Notes under the pieces: model-generated
Told to the model about the DNA's origin: nothing
The model's input: the letters and a program-made list of their open reading frames with translations, nothing else
Databases searched by the model: none
Origin: Octopus sinensis
Taxonomy: Eukaryota
Assembly: GCF_006345805.1 (NCBI RefSeq)
Contig: NC_043003.1
Location: forward strand, 30,194,001-30,258,000
Direction of reading: 5' to 3'
Length of the DNA: 64,000 nucleotides
Made by a program: the position numbers and the translations under genes
Shown: one piece after another, positions 37,765 through 50,661 of the stretch
How positions within the stretch are numbered: position 1 is the first letter of the stretch
Layout of the letters: each line of letters starts with the position of its first letter

Positions 37765-38100
37765 TAGTCTGTTTTCCATGCTGGCATGGGTTGGATGGTT
37801 TGACCGGAAACTGGCAAGCCATTAGGCTGCACCAGGCTCCACCTGATCTGGCAAGATTTCTACAGTTGGATGCCCTTCCTAATGCCAACCACTCCAAGAG
37901 TGTAGTGGGTGCTTTTTACGTACCACCGGCATGGGAACCAGTCAGGCGACACTGGCATTGGCTATGTTCAGACAGTGCTTTTTATGTGCAACTGACACAG
38001 GGAGCCAGTCAGGCAGCACTGGCAACAAGCCATGCATGAATGGTACTTAATTGCATGCCACCAGCACAGAAGCCAGTCAGGCGGCACTGGCATCAGCCAA
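37765..38100 (-). mobile_element. RTE-type 3' tail with degenerate tandem units
   Basis: Reverse-complement homolog of 36480-36861. Confidence 0.7.
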
Positions 38101-39138
38101 AACTACAATTTCCATTTTGATTTCGATTTGATTGAGATTCTGATTGATATATATATATTGTACCCATATGTATGTATATATGCATATAATTATATATTAT
38201 TTATATTATTATATGATCGAATGCCACACATCCTTTTCCAAGTAAGTTTTATCGTAATAATTACAATGTGTGCTCTTCTATCTTTACTATCTCTCTCTCT
38301 CTCTTGTTCTTCATCCTTACTGGTTTTTCTCTCCTACCCTTCCCTATTCTTCTCCTCTCCTCTTCACCATTCCCTCTCTCTCACTCCTCCTCCTCAACTC
38401 TCTCGTCACTGACACGCGACGAAAGAGAATTTATCTTTCTGTCCACAACCTTTGTAAAGACAAAACGTACATATACTGTCTCCTTCATAAGCTCATATTT
38501 CTAGCGATCATAATAATTTTTCTATCGTCTTGACTTAACAGCCCTCACCATTTGTTTTTACTGTTTTGTTCTTGTTACCACTTTCACCCTCCACAAAAAA
38601 TCCTAAATTTTATTTAATTTGCTTTGCAGGAAGGACTGTTTCAATGAAGTTGCATCTTGTCCTTGCCTTCGAAACGCGGAGTAGATGAAACAGGGATAAC
38701 TGAAGGGGAATATTCTTTATGTTGTATTTCTCGTTTCTCTGTTTGTTTCTTTCATTGTTAAAAAAAAGTTCTTTCTGTTTTGTTTTCATTTCTCATTGTT
38801 TCCAACGTTTTTTTGATGTCATGTACCCATATATGCATGTTTATACACACACACACACACACATATATATAGATAGATAGATAGGTGATAAAGGCAGTCC
38901 ACTTGTGACCGAGGAACACCATCATTGATCACTGCCTATGCAAAATGCCAGCAATGCCTTTGCATGAGGTTATTGTACCAGCAGTTGGCTTCACCCAAAA
39001 TTGTATCTACAGCTTCCATGCTCACTGCAGTAGCTCCTATTTGACCAAGCATCAAACAATTGCTTCATTGGTGATTGCACAACCTAAAATTTTTAGGTCC
39101 AATAAGGCTTGCACAGAAACCTTATAGACATATATATA

Positions 39139-39755
39139 CAAGGGGAAATCAAAAATTATCTTCACTTTCACAATAACATATATTTATTATTCATATATTG
39201 CCTTCAGTGCATGAGTGCTTATAGTTGGTACTATTGTGGTCACGTGATTGAAGTTTGAGCCCCAGGAAGGGGCTAAATTACAGCAACATTCGTCCTAAAC
39301 CAGAGCTGCCATGTTATGTTGGCAAATAATCTTTACTCCAAAGTACTGTTGATGAATGTCTCTCGTTTGTGAGATTTGCAAATATTAATTTTCTGTTTAT
39401 GAGTGGATTGAGAAGTTTAAAAGTTGCTGGACAAGCATGACACACGAAGAAGGAGCAGGACACCAATCAACCTCCACCACTGATGAGATTCAGCAAATTT
39501 GAGAGATGGTAATGGTGAACCAGTTCACCATTACCATCTCTTGGATCATTGCTCTTTGTGCTTCTTGGTGCACATTGCTAGTGGAGTGGCCATGCTTACA
39601 CTGTAAAGCCAGAAAGAAAAATGGCATGATCATGCTCAAACATCGATCACAAGATCATAATAGTACCAACTATAAGTATGCATGCACAGAAGGCAGTGTG
39701 ACAATACTAAAGATATGTTACGGCGAAAGTGAGGATAATTTTTGACTTCCCCTCG
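39139..39755 (+). mobile_element. Non-autonomous mariner derivative
   Basis: About 42-bp TIRs (caaggggaaatcaaaaattatcttcactttc and gaaagtgaggataatttttgacttcccctcg), TA flanks, transposase N-terminal remnant FKSCWTSMTHEEGAGHQSTSTT. Confidence 0.75.
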
Positions 39756-40893
39756 TATAGAAATATACACATATAAATTTGACATGGGCGATTCTTTCTT
39801 GTCTTGGGATTCATGGTCAAACAGCTGGGTGGAATTGCACAAAAAATTACACAGATGTGTAGAATGATCCAGTGGTGATGCTGGGCTTTGTATTTTTTTT
39901 CATAGCTCTCATGGTTACCAAGATAATCTACTATAATAATACTCCTGTATTTATAAATGAGAAAGGAAGGAAGAGGTGATGTCATACTTGGTAGTGGGAT
40001 GCTGAAAATTGTATGCTGAAAAATAAATCAAACAGCGTTTCAACTCTGTGTGAATATATGTATGTAAAAGTGTGGGGGGATATGTGAGTGTGTATGTGTG
40101 TGTGCGTGCGTAATGGTTTGTCTTTGTTTGCTTAGTATTTGGGTTTCTTTTTTGATTTGGTTGAATCTTGGTTATTTTTTTTCTTGGTTAGTTATTTTTA
40201 GCATGTTGACAGAAAAAAAGTCATTCTAAAATTGTTTTTTAACATAAGCATGCCCAAACAAGTCGAATGCTTACACTGAGCAGGTTTTACAGCCACATCC
40301 TCCAAACTAACTGGGTGAAACCAGGCTTAGTTGCTAGTATATCTATACAGTTATATACACACACACACATATATATATATATACATATGTATATGTGGTA
40401 TATATGTTTCTTTGTGTATTTCCTTGTTTTTACATCATGGCCACTCCACTAGCAATGGTGCACCAAGAAGCACAAAGAGCATGTTGTAAGCAAGTAACAT
40501 CATTATACAAGCAGTGTCCTTAGTTTCCAATATTCTGTAAGAATTGCAAAGCCATGGGAAATATTGCCCTGTTTGAGGGTTGTTAACATGAAAGGCATCC
40601 AGTCTTCCAAAATCTGCCTCAAGGAATTTCATCTGACCCATGCAAAGATGGAAAAGTGGGTGTTAAAAAGACAAATAGACAGACATATAGATTGGAGTTC
40701 AAAGTAATAGTTTAATAGGTCTTTGTGAATCCGTTCAGAGGACTCCATTATAAAATAATTTTGTTTATGTATTACGTGTTGCCTTCTTTACACTAGAAAC
40801 TGGAGATTCTAGCCTCCTACACTATTAACAAGTTTGATATTAGTTTATCAATTTATTTCTCAGCGAACACAGAACATAAACTTTAGTGTTAAA

Positions 40894-42125
40894 TCTGTAT
40901 ATATATAAGGCAAGATGTGTGTGTGTACGTGATTGTAGTTTATGCACATCCACAAATTAGCACGCATGTTGCTCAAATTTTAGGAGGACATTCGTCAACA
41001 TCCTATCTGGGTTTTGTCAACTTATTTTTTCCCCCGAGGCACCTCTGGATAGCGGTAAAAATCTTTTTTCAGCCATAGCTTTTAGCCATAAAAAATATCA
41101 GCCATAGCTTTTTGATGGCGTCTAACAAAAAAAACAAGATAAAGAAAAGTGGAAGAGAAGCAGTGTTTCACAGCATCTAAACAAAAAAAAAGGAAGGACA
41201 AAGTGAGAGAGAGAGAGAGAAAGTGACAACATTCATAAAAAATATCAGCCATAGCTTTTTGACGGCGTCTAACAAAAAAAAAACAAGATAAAGAAAGGTG
41301 GAAGAGAAGCAGTTTCACAGCGTCTAAACAAAAAAAAGAGAAAGACAAAGTGAGAGAGAGAAAGGGACGATGTTTATAAAAAATAAAATGTAAAATGTTT
41401 TGTTTTTTTCTTAAACACGAGATATAGTGTTCAAATTCAGGATGTTTTTGAAAGACACTATATTTTATAATCATAGTATATATACTTTCTTACACAACAA
41501 TTACAATATATTTATTTTAAATTGTTCATCTTTCTCCCCGCCCTCTCTCTCACACATTACTTTGGGTGCGAAAGAGTTTTGTTTTTATTTTACGCCGATT
41601 AAAAAAGTTTTTTGTTGACAATCCATTTATTTAACAACAAAGAAACAAGGTGGTAGCTAACAATTTGTCAGTGAATTACACAATATAAATGGGTACAATT
41701 TGCGAGGCTTCCACCACACCCCACTCCATTTCACAGACCACAAAAAGGGTTTTGTAGCATATTAGGAGGCCAGAGTAGTTGATTCCATGCAAAAAAACGA
41801 ATTTTTTTCTTGGTGAAAATCGTGCGAGTGTTAATCTACAAATTTAACAAAATTTTTTCAATTCATTTCTATTTATGAACATGCATGCATGCACAAAACA
41901 TGCAATAGTTGTATGTACATACGTGTATGTGTGTTCGTGTCTGTTGCCCATATATATTTATATCATATTATATTATATTATGTTATATATATATATGATA
42001 TAACTAATTTCAATGGATTTCACCCAAATTTGACGTCAATATTACTTAGTTTGGTTTGAAATAAAGAACTTGATTAGCTTAATAACAGTAACTTAATCCC
42101 GGGCAAGGCCGGGTTATACTGCTAG
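40894..42125 (+). mobile_element. Non-autonomous Helitron
   Basis: A|TC 5' end, 3' GC hairpin cccgggcaaggccggg then CTAG|T, no TSD. Empty site in the paralogous flank near 30399. Internal ~140-bp tandem duplication at about 41085-41365. Confidence 0.85.
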
Positions 42126-43333
42126 TACAGTATAAAAAACATACTGTAGAACAAAGCATGTAAAATAACATTATCTGAATAAACTCATTACAATACTCTT
42201 TCAAAGGATTACAAAATAAAGAAGGAAGACTAATCAGTATGAACTTTAGAAGTGAGCTATGTTTATTTTATTGTTTATTAGAGTTGAAATCCTTCAAATT
42301 TTCTAAGTTCAAGGTAAACCAAAGTTCTACAACCCAAATTACCAAATGCCTGGTTAAATATTTCAGTCAGGTTGAAGAACATAGTAAACTGTTTGCAGTG
42401 CCATCTTTGCTTGTGTAGAAGAGTATATAGAGATAACGCTGCCTTTGGTTCATCAGTATATCTATTCACAGATAATTAGTCTTGATATGGTCTCAAATAT
42501 ACAATGTGCACAATCAATGAAAGATGACTTCAATTTATTGATAGTTTAATATGTAATCTAGTATATATTTTAGACCTAATAAGTCAATCATGTTAGCTGC
42601 AATTTTGAAATTTTGAAGAAAATAATAGGCACATTTGTCTACATCAAATGAAACAAAAGAGATTATAATGAAGTAAAGAGATACTGGTAGTATTTCTGAC
42701 GACTGTAGTAGTTTTACAGCTTATTTCCAGTGTTTGTGACCAGCCAAATATTTTTTTATCAGGCAAGGTTTAAAACAGATTATATCTCAATGCTATGGTT
42801 ACCTCAAAATGTGAGGATGTGTATGATGAAATGAAATTCGACCCTGACAGAATGCTTCACTACAAATTTCACAGTGATAAATTCTCTTCTGAATCACAAT
42901 GATTAATATAGCTTCATATTTATCATCAGTTTATATAGAGTCAAATCTCACTCTGGATATGAAAACGGTTTGTTACAGGTAGTTTTTCCTATAGAAGGAA
43001 AATCAAATTCAACAATGCAAGTAAAGAGATTATTCATCACTTGAACATTGCTGCTGCATGCAGAGACAAGTTGTTCCTAAACTGCAGTACATATTACAGC
43101 ATGATACACTGGGTTGAGAAGAATATAAACTGTTGACATCACAATCAGTTGTTCCTACACAGCAGAACCTATTTCAGCTAGGTGTATTTAGTTGAGAAGA
43201 GAATACAAGCTGACATTGCCACTTGGTATGTGCTATGCTCTTCATTCAGCGATTCATACTTTACTCAGAGCTACAACTTCTGAGAAATTTGAATGTATTT
43301 GTTTGTGATTTGAAATTTCATTTCAGTTTATGG

Positions 43334-44185
43334 TTACTCATTCATGTGAACACGCTTGTGGGAAGTTAAACTACCACTCTGAGTAAAAGTCTTATCACAA
43401 ATATCACAATGGAAGGGTTTTTCACCAGTATGAACACGTATGTGATTAGTTAAGCTACAACTATGAGCAAAATCTTTACCACAGATATCACAGTGGTAAG
43501 GTTTTTCACCAGTATGAATACGTTTATGATCAAGCATACTACATTTGTGTAAAAATGCTCTACCACAGATATCACAATGGTAGGGTTTCTCACCACTATG
43601 AATACGCTTATGCTTATGCATAGTGCCTTTGCAGGAGAATGTTTTACCACAGATATCACAACAGTATGGTCTTTCACCAGTATGCATACGTTCATGTATA
43701 AGCATACCATCTTTCTGTGAGAAGGATTTACCACAGAACTCACAGTGGTATGGTTTCTCATCTGTGTGAACACGTTTGTGAAGATTTAGCTGATAACTTA
43801 TTGAAAATGCTTTACCACAGATATCACAGTGGAGTCGTTTCTCACCTGTGTGAACACTTTTATGGCTAATTAACTGTCCTCTCTCAGAGAATGCTTCACC
43901 ACAGATATCACAGTGGTATGGTTTCTCACCTGTATGAATACGTTTGTGTACAGACAAAAAGCCTTTAACCATAAACTTTTTACCACAAATATCACATCGA
44001 TAACGCAGTGAACTTGTGTTAATAAATTTCTGCTCATTGATATTACTATTATGTGTAAATGTTTTAGAAGACTTATCGGGTAGTTTTAATTTCTTTCCCA
44101 TATTTGTCAGTCTTTTATGAGATACACGAGTATTCTTGGAGGGTTTTTCACCCTCAACCTCACTCCCACACAGTTTATCTTCCAT
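43334..44185 (-). CDS. ZNF-F: tandem C2H2 zinc-finger protein, 8 fingers, 283 aa, paralog of ZNF-E
   Basis: Intact ORF from ATG 44185. N-terminus and fingers 1-4 nearly match ZNF-E; ends by a stop within a linker (NE*P*). Confidence 0.9.
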   Translation of the reverse strand: MEDKLCGSEVEGEKPSKNTRVSHKRLTNMGKKLKLPDKSSKTFTHNSNINEQKFINTSSLRYRCDICGKKFMVKGFLSVHKRIHTGEKPYHCDICGEAFSERGQLISHKSVHTGEKRLHCDICGKAFSISYQLNLHKRVHTDEKPYHCEFCGKSFSQKDGMLIHERMHTGERPYCCDICGKTFSCKGTMHKHKRIHSGEKPYHCDICGRAFLHKCSMLDHKRIHTGEKPYHCDICGKDFAHSCSLTNHIRVHTGEKPFHCDICDKTFTQSGSLTSHKRVHMNE

Positions 44186-46358
44186 GATTTCTTCTTGCTG
44201 CAATATTTCAAAAATGAAGCAGATATTAGACACTACAGAAAAACAGTTGTAGTATAATGTCAAATCTTCTCTAATATGACTGCCATGACCCAGCCAGTAT
44301 ATTTCCAATCAACATAACAATTGTTAATTAAATCAAATCTTTTAGAGTAATCCAATCACAATTAGATAAACAATGTCACAAGCTTTCTTGAGGATTATGT
44401 CATTCTGTAGTCTTCAAAATTTTGTATGTATGTAAATATATTTTCTCTCAATGTCACCAGAAAATCTGAAATTAAAAAAAAACAACATAATAGGTAAGCA
44501 ATATGAACTGCCAAGACAGAACTTACTAACGAGAAAATATTTATTGGTAGACATTAAAAATTAGTCCATTACCCACAAGAATGTTAGTGCTGTATCTCTA
44601 ATTTAAAACTGAACTATATTTTGATAAGCTTCAGCCTACTCAAATATTGTTACTCCTTTTGATATCAGCGTACTCACAATCTTCTTTTGTATGCCTTTGA
44701 TCTTCAAAAAGAACACTCTATTATAGTTTGATTTCCTACACAAAAACACTTCGGCAACCTAGAACACAAAGGGAGATGTATCCCAAGACCATTATTCATT
44801 AGGCAAACCCAATTAAACTTCTTTATACAATGTTCCTTTCTAAAGTTAAACCAATCTACCACACGCTCCTGTGTTAGCACTTATTTATCCTGTGCCTCAT
44901 GATTTACAGCACCTTCATAGGAAAGAGCTCTGAGTTGGCTGATTTAGTTGGGATATAAAATGATAAGGTCTTACATTTAAGGGGAGAACTTTGTCTAGCA
45001 ACCTGTATGGTGTAGTGATTGTATTGCTTGGTCTCTTCCTTGACCCTCTCAATTTAGTTATATTTTAGGATGTGAAGTTTCTGGTTTTGTACCCAGCTTT
45101 GAAAGGAGTTTAATTCTTTTAATACCTTCCAGTCTAAGAACACTTCTGTTCTGTTACAATCTTCCTATTTTTAAAGTGAGTTTAATTAAAGCCTTCCATT
45201 TAAATATCATGTTAATCTAGGTTTCAGATACCAGCTTCATATTGACGATGTTATTTTTCAAAATTCTTCAGTGCTTGATAATAGGAAGGGCATCCAGTAA
45301 TGGAAAGCAAGCCAAAATGGCATGTATGAGCAGTAACTTCAAATAGAAAATAATTCAAACCCTTCTGGCAGAGAAAGTGGATAATGATCTACAGGTTCAT
45401 AAATATAATCCCAATACAAACTGAAATAGTAACATATTTACACAAAAGAAAAAGTTCGGCATCCAAACAAGTTTGATTAAGAAAAAAGAACATAAAAAAT
45501 GGAAAAAGAGAAAAAAATTCTTCTGTCTTCCACAGACTAATATGTAGTGCCCACCAAACTAAAACTATAAATATTAATAATTAGAATAACATTTAAATTC
45601 CATTTTAGTATTTTGGCAGTGACAAGGGCATTTATATATATAGTGTTTGGAGGGACATATTATCTGGTCGAATACCATGGTGGCTCTCAGTTATGTTCCA
45701 GGTTATGGCTATCCACATTGATGATGAACAAATCTCCATATTCTATATCATCATAATTATTGTTTAATGATGATAATGATGTATAGCAATCATTTAGTGT
45801 GTAATTATGCAAGGGAGTCAATGGTTAAAAGACAGCATTTGGATATTTGAGAATCAGTGAAATAAAGGATTCCTCATTGCTGAAAAGATTTATAGTTATT
45901 TCGCCCTACATAGCCTAGAATGAACTGATCTATAAAATATGTTGCAGATGTTTGCTTGTACATAAAAAATGACATTGTACAATGTGTTTCCTGTTTTGCA
46001 GGGAAGCTATGTCATGTAATCTGATGGACACACACACGTAGATGGAAGTATAAATTATGTACAACCACACGTATGGTGTGTATGTGTACACAGGTAGTTT
46101 AATAGAAGAGAAAGATGATTCTGGTAAATTAAGTTTAAAATTTCTTCCTTCTTATTCTTAGTTTCGTGAACCATTTTATCACTTTCTGTCACATAAATCC
46201 TCAGAGAGCTACGCTGTCCTCAACCCTGACAACAGAAAAAGAAACAAAGCGACGTAACAGCCAATAGTTAGGTAAAACGTATTTTCCCTAAACATGTTTC
46301 AAGACATCTGGCCAACAGATGTGCATAAGATGTATTTAATATAGGTAGGTATAACAAT

Positions 46359-47000
46359 ACTCACGTGACAATGTAACCCCAATTTAAAATGTATGTGTAG
46401 TAAAGCAGTCAAGTGGTACTAAAATTCAATAAAGACATTGATTTATTAAAAACTTCTAATGCTCACGATAAACCATGCCTTCCTTCAAATAAAAAAAAGC
46501 TTCAAAGTGCCAGTGTGTAATATAATTAATGGTACTTTTATAGTCCAATTTCCCTTTTATACCGTTTGAAGACTGCCAAACCCTATATTGGTGTTGTAAA
46601 CAATAACATCAGTGGAGACAAGGGAGTTAACTCTACCATCATTAATAACTCAGTAAATTTCTAAACCTTTTCTATGAACAGTTGCTAGTATTAAGCTAGA
46701 AACATATTAAATGCTACGAAGATATTTGTAGCAAAGTATAAAGGCTTCAGTCAATATGAAGTGAAATAACTTAACTTCGCATCCTAATTCAAGAAGGAAA
46801 ACAATAAGTCCCTCAGCCACATTAGTATAAACGGAACTAGAACTCTTTTATACAAAATGTATAAAATATCCACCAATATAATTAATTATCTCTCTCTCTC
46901 TCTCTCTCTTTCTGAAATTTTACTATTAATTAAAGGAAGTAAATGATTAAAAGGTGAGGAAAGAGCTAAATGATAACGTAATGAATGTCAAGTCATAATT
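46359..47000 (-). promoter_or_regulatory. Putative promoter and non-coding first exon of ZNF-F
   Basis: Donor gtgagt at 46364-46359, motif caagggagttaactct at 46619-46634; homologous to 33956-34570. Confidence 0.55.
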
Positions 47001-47071
47001 AAGTTGATAGAGTTGTCGCGAGGGATGACTGATCTTTCATCATCTGAGGTGATGACTGGCTTAGTTGATGA

Positions 47072-47475
47072 GGATCTTTTCGGTTTGAACGGCAGTTTTT
47101 TCTAGTGGTGTCATGAAATTGTCACCCATAATTATGACCCTAGTATCGATCTATTGCATTTCAATCTGTTTTAGGGTGGGGGGAGGGTATCTTTTTTCTT
47201 CACAAATGTAAATAAACCCAATCTGTTTCTTAAACGAGGGACATATTCATACGGCACAGAATGTTTTTCTTTTACCTCAATAGACGTCAGTGATTGGTTG
47301 AATTTGCAGAAATTGAAGAAAAAACAACAACAAATATCTTACAAGCTATAGAATTTTCTCAATAAAGCCAAGAGAATAAGATGTTTTATAAATACATTCT
47401 ACCAGTATACGAAGTTTAACATTTTTTAGTTACCCAGAAATTATGTTAAAAACTGCCATTCAAACCGAAAGATCC
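47072..47475. mobile_element. GGATC-terminus MITE, same family as 34936-36103
   Basis: ggatcttttcggtttgaacggcagtttt ... aaaactgccattcaaaccgaaagatcc; 8-bp TSD gttgatga / gtggatga. Confidence 0.85.
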
Positions 47476-47489
47476 GTGGATGAATGAAA

Positions 47490-48070
47490 ATATGTTTCTT
47501 GAGCACCATGAAGAAGTAACTAACAAGAAATATCTTGGAGTCTAAATTCCTGGTGAAGCCACATGTAAAAAGAAATTAGGACGCGGCTGGCCATGACAAG
47601 AACGACTATGGAAAAGCTTAATAACATCTGGAGCAGCGAAACTGTCCCAAGTAAGTTATGAACAAGGTTACAGGCAGCACTTACTTGGCCAATAGGCATT
47701 TTTGGTTGTGAAGCATGGACTCTGAACCAATTTGAAGAAAATATAATAGATGCGTTTGAAATGTGAAAAGATCATCAGACAAATGAATTGCTGTTAAAAC
47801 AAGTAGCTGAAAGACAACTCCTGAATATTGTGAAAAAAACAAAAGTTCGACTGTTGTGGCCATATTCGAAGAAGCAGAGATCTGGAAAACATTATCGCGG
47901 AAGGAAGAGTAGAGACTGGCAGATCAAGAAGTAGGCAAAGAATGCAGGAGATGGACTATGTTATGAGCTGGTTGAACAAGGCAGCTGGAGAACACGCATT
48001 TAATCGGGAAGATTTTCGTTGTAGTGTCTTCGATGCTCTGCAGGCGTACAATATATGACGACGATTGCTC
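47490..48070 (+). mobile_element. Old RTE/BovB-like LINE 3' fragment
   Basis: Remnants KYLGV, IRTRLAMTRTTMEKLNNIW, IDAFEM, GHIRRSRDLENIIAEGRVE. Confidence 0.65.
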
Positions 48071-48094
48071 AATGTGACTGATATGAAAACAATT

Positions 48095-48310
48095 ACTGAT
48101 TTCAAATTTTGACACACGGCTAACAATTTCGCGCGGGGAGGGGTAAGTTGATTACATGGTCCCCACTGCTCAACTGGTACTTATTTTATCGACCTCGAAA
48201 AGGATGCAGTCGAGCCCGGCAGCATTTGAACTCAGAACGTAAAAGTCAGAAGAAATGCTGCTAAGTATTTTTTCCGGCGCAGTAACGATTCTGCCTGCTC
48301 GTTGCCTTTT
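48095..48310 (-). mobile_element. SINE with Nin/Deu-like domain
   Basis: Reverse-complement homolog of 419-630 (ctggtacttattttatcgac). Confidence 0.7.
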
Positions 48311-48509
48311 ATATAAGAACATAATTATTAACAACAATTAATGACACAAAAACCAAAGAATAGATACAAAATATTAACGTAATCAGAGCGGTTTTTCTTC
48401 TATGTCTCTATAGTATTGAATAATAATTAATTGTACTTTCACTCACAATATCATAATGTTCTCTTAAAACACAATTTCAATTGTGAATCTTTTCGTAGTT
48501 GTAATCATC

Positions 48510-48700
48510 ATCAGGTCAGTTTTTCCCTCGTGTATTGCATATGCAATTTCTATCCACAAATCACAGGGAATAAGGGGTAATGTCATTGTTGATTTGGGTA
48601 CCGGCGTTTTCTCCGATGGTATGGTTTATGCGTCCTTGTCCAGAGCTCACAAACTGTGCAATTTGATCCATCGAGTTTGATCATGATGCATCGAGCTTGA
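48510..48700 (+). pseudogene. PIF1-family helicase C-terminal fragment (likely Helitron/Helentron derived)
   Basis: FPSCIAYAISIHKSQG...VIVDLGTGVFSDGMVYASLSR matches PIF1 helicase motifs V-VI. Confidence 0.8.
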
Positions 48701-49882
48701 TCATGTGCGATTCCAGCGACTGGAAAGAATACTACTATTTGAGAGAGTGCTTTAATATGGAGCCCTTATGTGTTGTTATTTCACATATGTGGTGGACTCT
48801 GTCGTCGTAAACAGGAGACATAAGTTCCGCAACTTCTTGCTGAACAGTTTGAACAAATGATTTGTTTATAATGATCAAATGTTTGTGCTGTTCATTAGTT
48901 CACTGCCTCCATCAAATCGACATTGCCTGTACACATGCACAGTGCGCCTCACTTCAGATATCGAAGAGCAACTGCGAAATGAAGTATTTTGCTTAAGAAC
49001 ACAACGCACCCATCCGGGCCGGGAATCGAATCCACGATCTTGCGTGACCCCCCCCCAACCGCCTTCACAAGTTCACATAGGTATATAATGACTATAAGGA
49101 GGTGAATTAGTTGAGTCGTTGGCTTGTACGCTATGGGTTAAAAAAAAACTCCCGAGGTCAGTTTGGCCTTTCTGAGTCGATATACGAAATATCATTTCTA
49201 AATTGAGGGTGCATTCTCTTCAGTTAATTTCATTTACAAAATTTTAGTCAAATCAAACATATGGTAAAAGACATTTTACCAGTATGCCACACTGCAGGGT
49301 CAACGAGTAACTCCTAAAAATAACATGGCTATGTCTACGCCGTACTGTCTAATGCTACTTAGTACCAGGTCTGTACAAAGCTGGAAATATATCCAGGCCA
49401 GAAATGAAATGTAAGCCCCATCTGAATTGGTAATAAGCCTGGGGCAGATGTGACATTAAGTCCTAGTTCAATTTACTCATTAATTATATTTTTGTTATCA
49501 GCCCTAAACGCATATTTGACATGTATGGGTTGGATGTGTGTGAGTACAGAATGTACTTATAAACTCAAGACATGCGAATAAAGAATCAGAATGATTTCTA
49601 ATAAAGCCAATTCTCTAGCAAAAGTTCTCTCATTGTCTCTTGAATGGGGAGTAGACTCCCATCAAATTCGTATGTCCAAGGTAATCGACTCACCTGCTGG
49701 TTTCTCTGTTCTGGCCAGGCTGGTACATATTTATAACTAGGTGATCTGAGCCTCTGAAAATTGCCTTTATCAAGGGTCAAATATAGATTACCCATTTTTC
49801 GGCTACCAACCTCTCAACGATTAACCTAGCTTTATAAAAAAAAAAAAATCGAAATAGCCATTTGTAATGGAACCCCTATCTT

Positions 49883-50392
49883 GCCAGCGATGTGCAACCA
49901 AAAGAATACCCTCCATCAGGCATTTGCCATATTCTGAACGCCTTACTTCCTTGGGCATGGACATATTAAAACTCCGACGTCTGGCAGCTGACTTGGCAGA
50001 CACCCATAAATGTATCAACCATCTTACAAGCAATAACTCTGAGCACCTTTTCAAACTCCACCGGTCTAACACCCGTGGACATATTTACAAAGTCAGAAAA
50101 CAGCACAGCTCCCATGACTTTAGGAAACATTTTTTCACGCTGAGAATTGCTGAAGCATGGAACAAACTGCCGGCACCAGTTGTTAGTTGTCGGAGCATTG
50201 CATCCTTCAAAACTTCCATGCTTTCTGAGATTCGCCAACACTACACCTGATTTTCTCCCCTCCATACACACACAAGCATGTATCTGACTCATACATTGTT
50301 CGCTTTCCAGACATTTGTACATTACTGCATATACTCTATACGCACTTTCTGACAAGTTGTGGTGCACCTGAGCACTGTATACAATAATTTCA
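49883..50392 (+). mobile_element. 5'-truncated CR1-group LINE
   Basis: QRCATKRIPSIRHLPYSERLTSLG...NTRGH...RKHFFTLRIAEAWNKLP then 3' UTR. Confidence 0.88.
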
Positions 50393-50624
50393 ACTTGCAC
50401 CACAACTTGTCAGAAAGTGCGTATAGAGTATATGCAGTAATGTAAAAATGTCTGGAAAGCGAACAATGTATGAGTCAGATACATGCTTGTGTGTGTATGG
50501 AGGGGAGAAAATCAGGTGTAGTGTTGGCGAATCTCAGAAAGCATGGAAGTTTTGAAGGATGCAATGCTCCGACAACTAACAACTGGTGCCGACAGTTTGT
50601 TCCATGCTTCAGCAATTCTCAGCG
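50138..50624. repeat. Near-perfect 229-bp inverted repeat with 29-nt loop
   Basis: 50138-50366 is the reverse complement of 50396-50624; about 2 mismatches seen. Confidence 0.92.
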
Positions 50625-50661
50625 CTATGAAAATATTTTTAAAATTCTATAAAGTGGTCGC

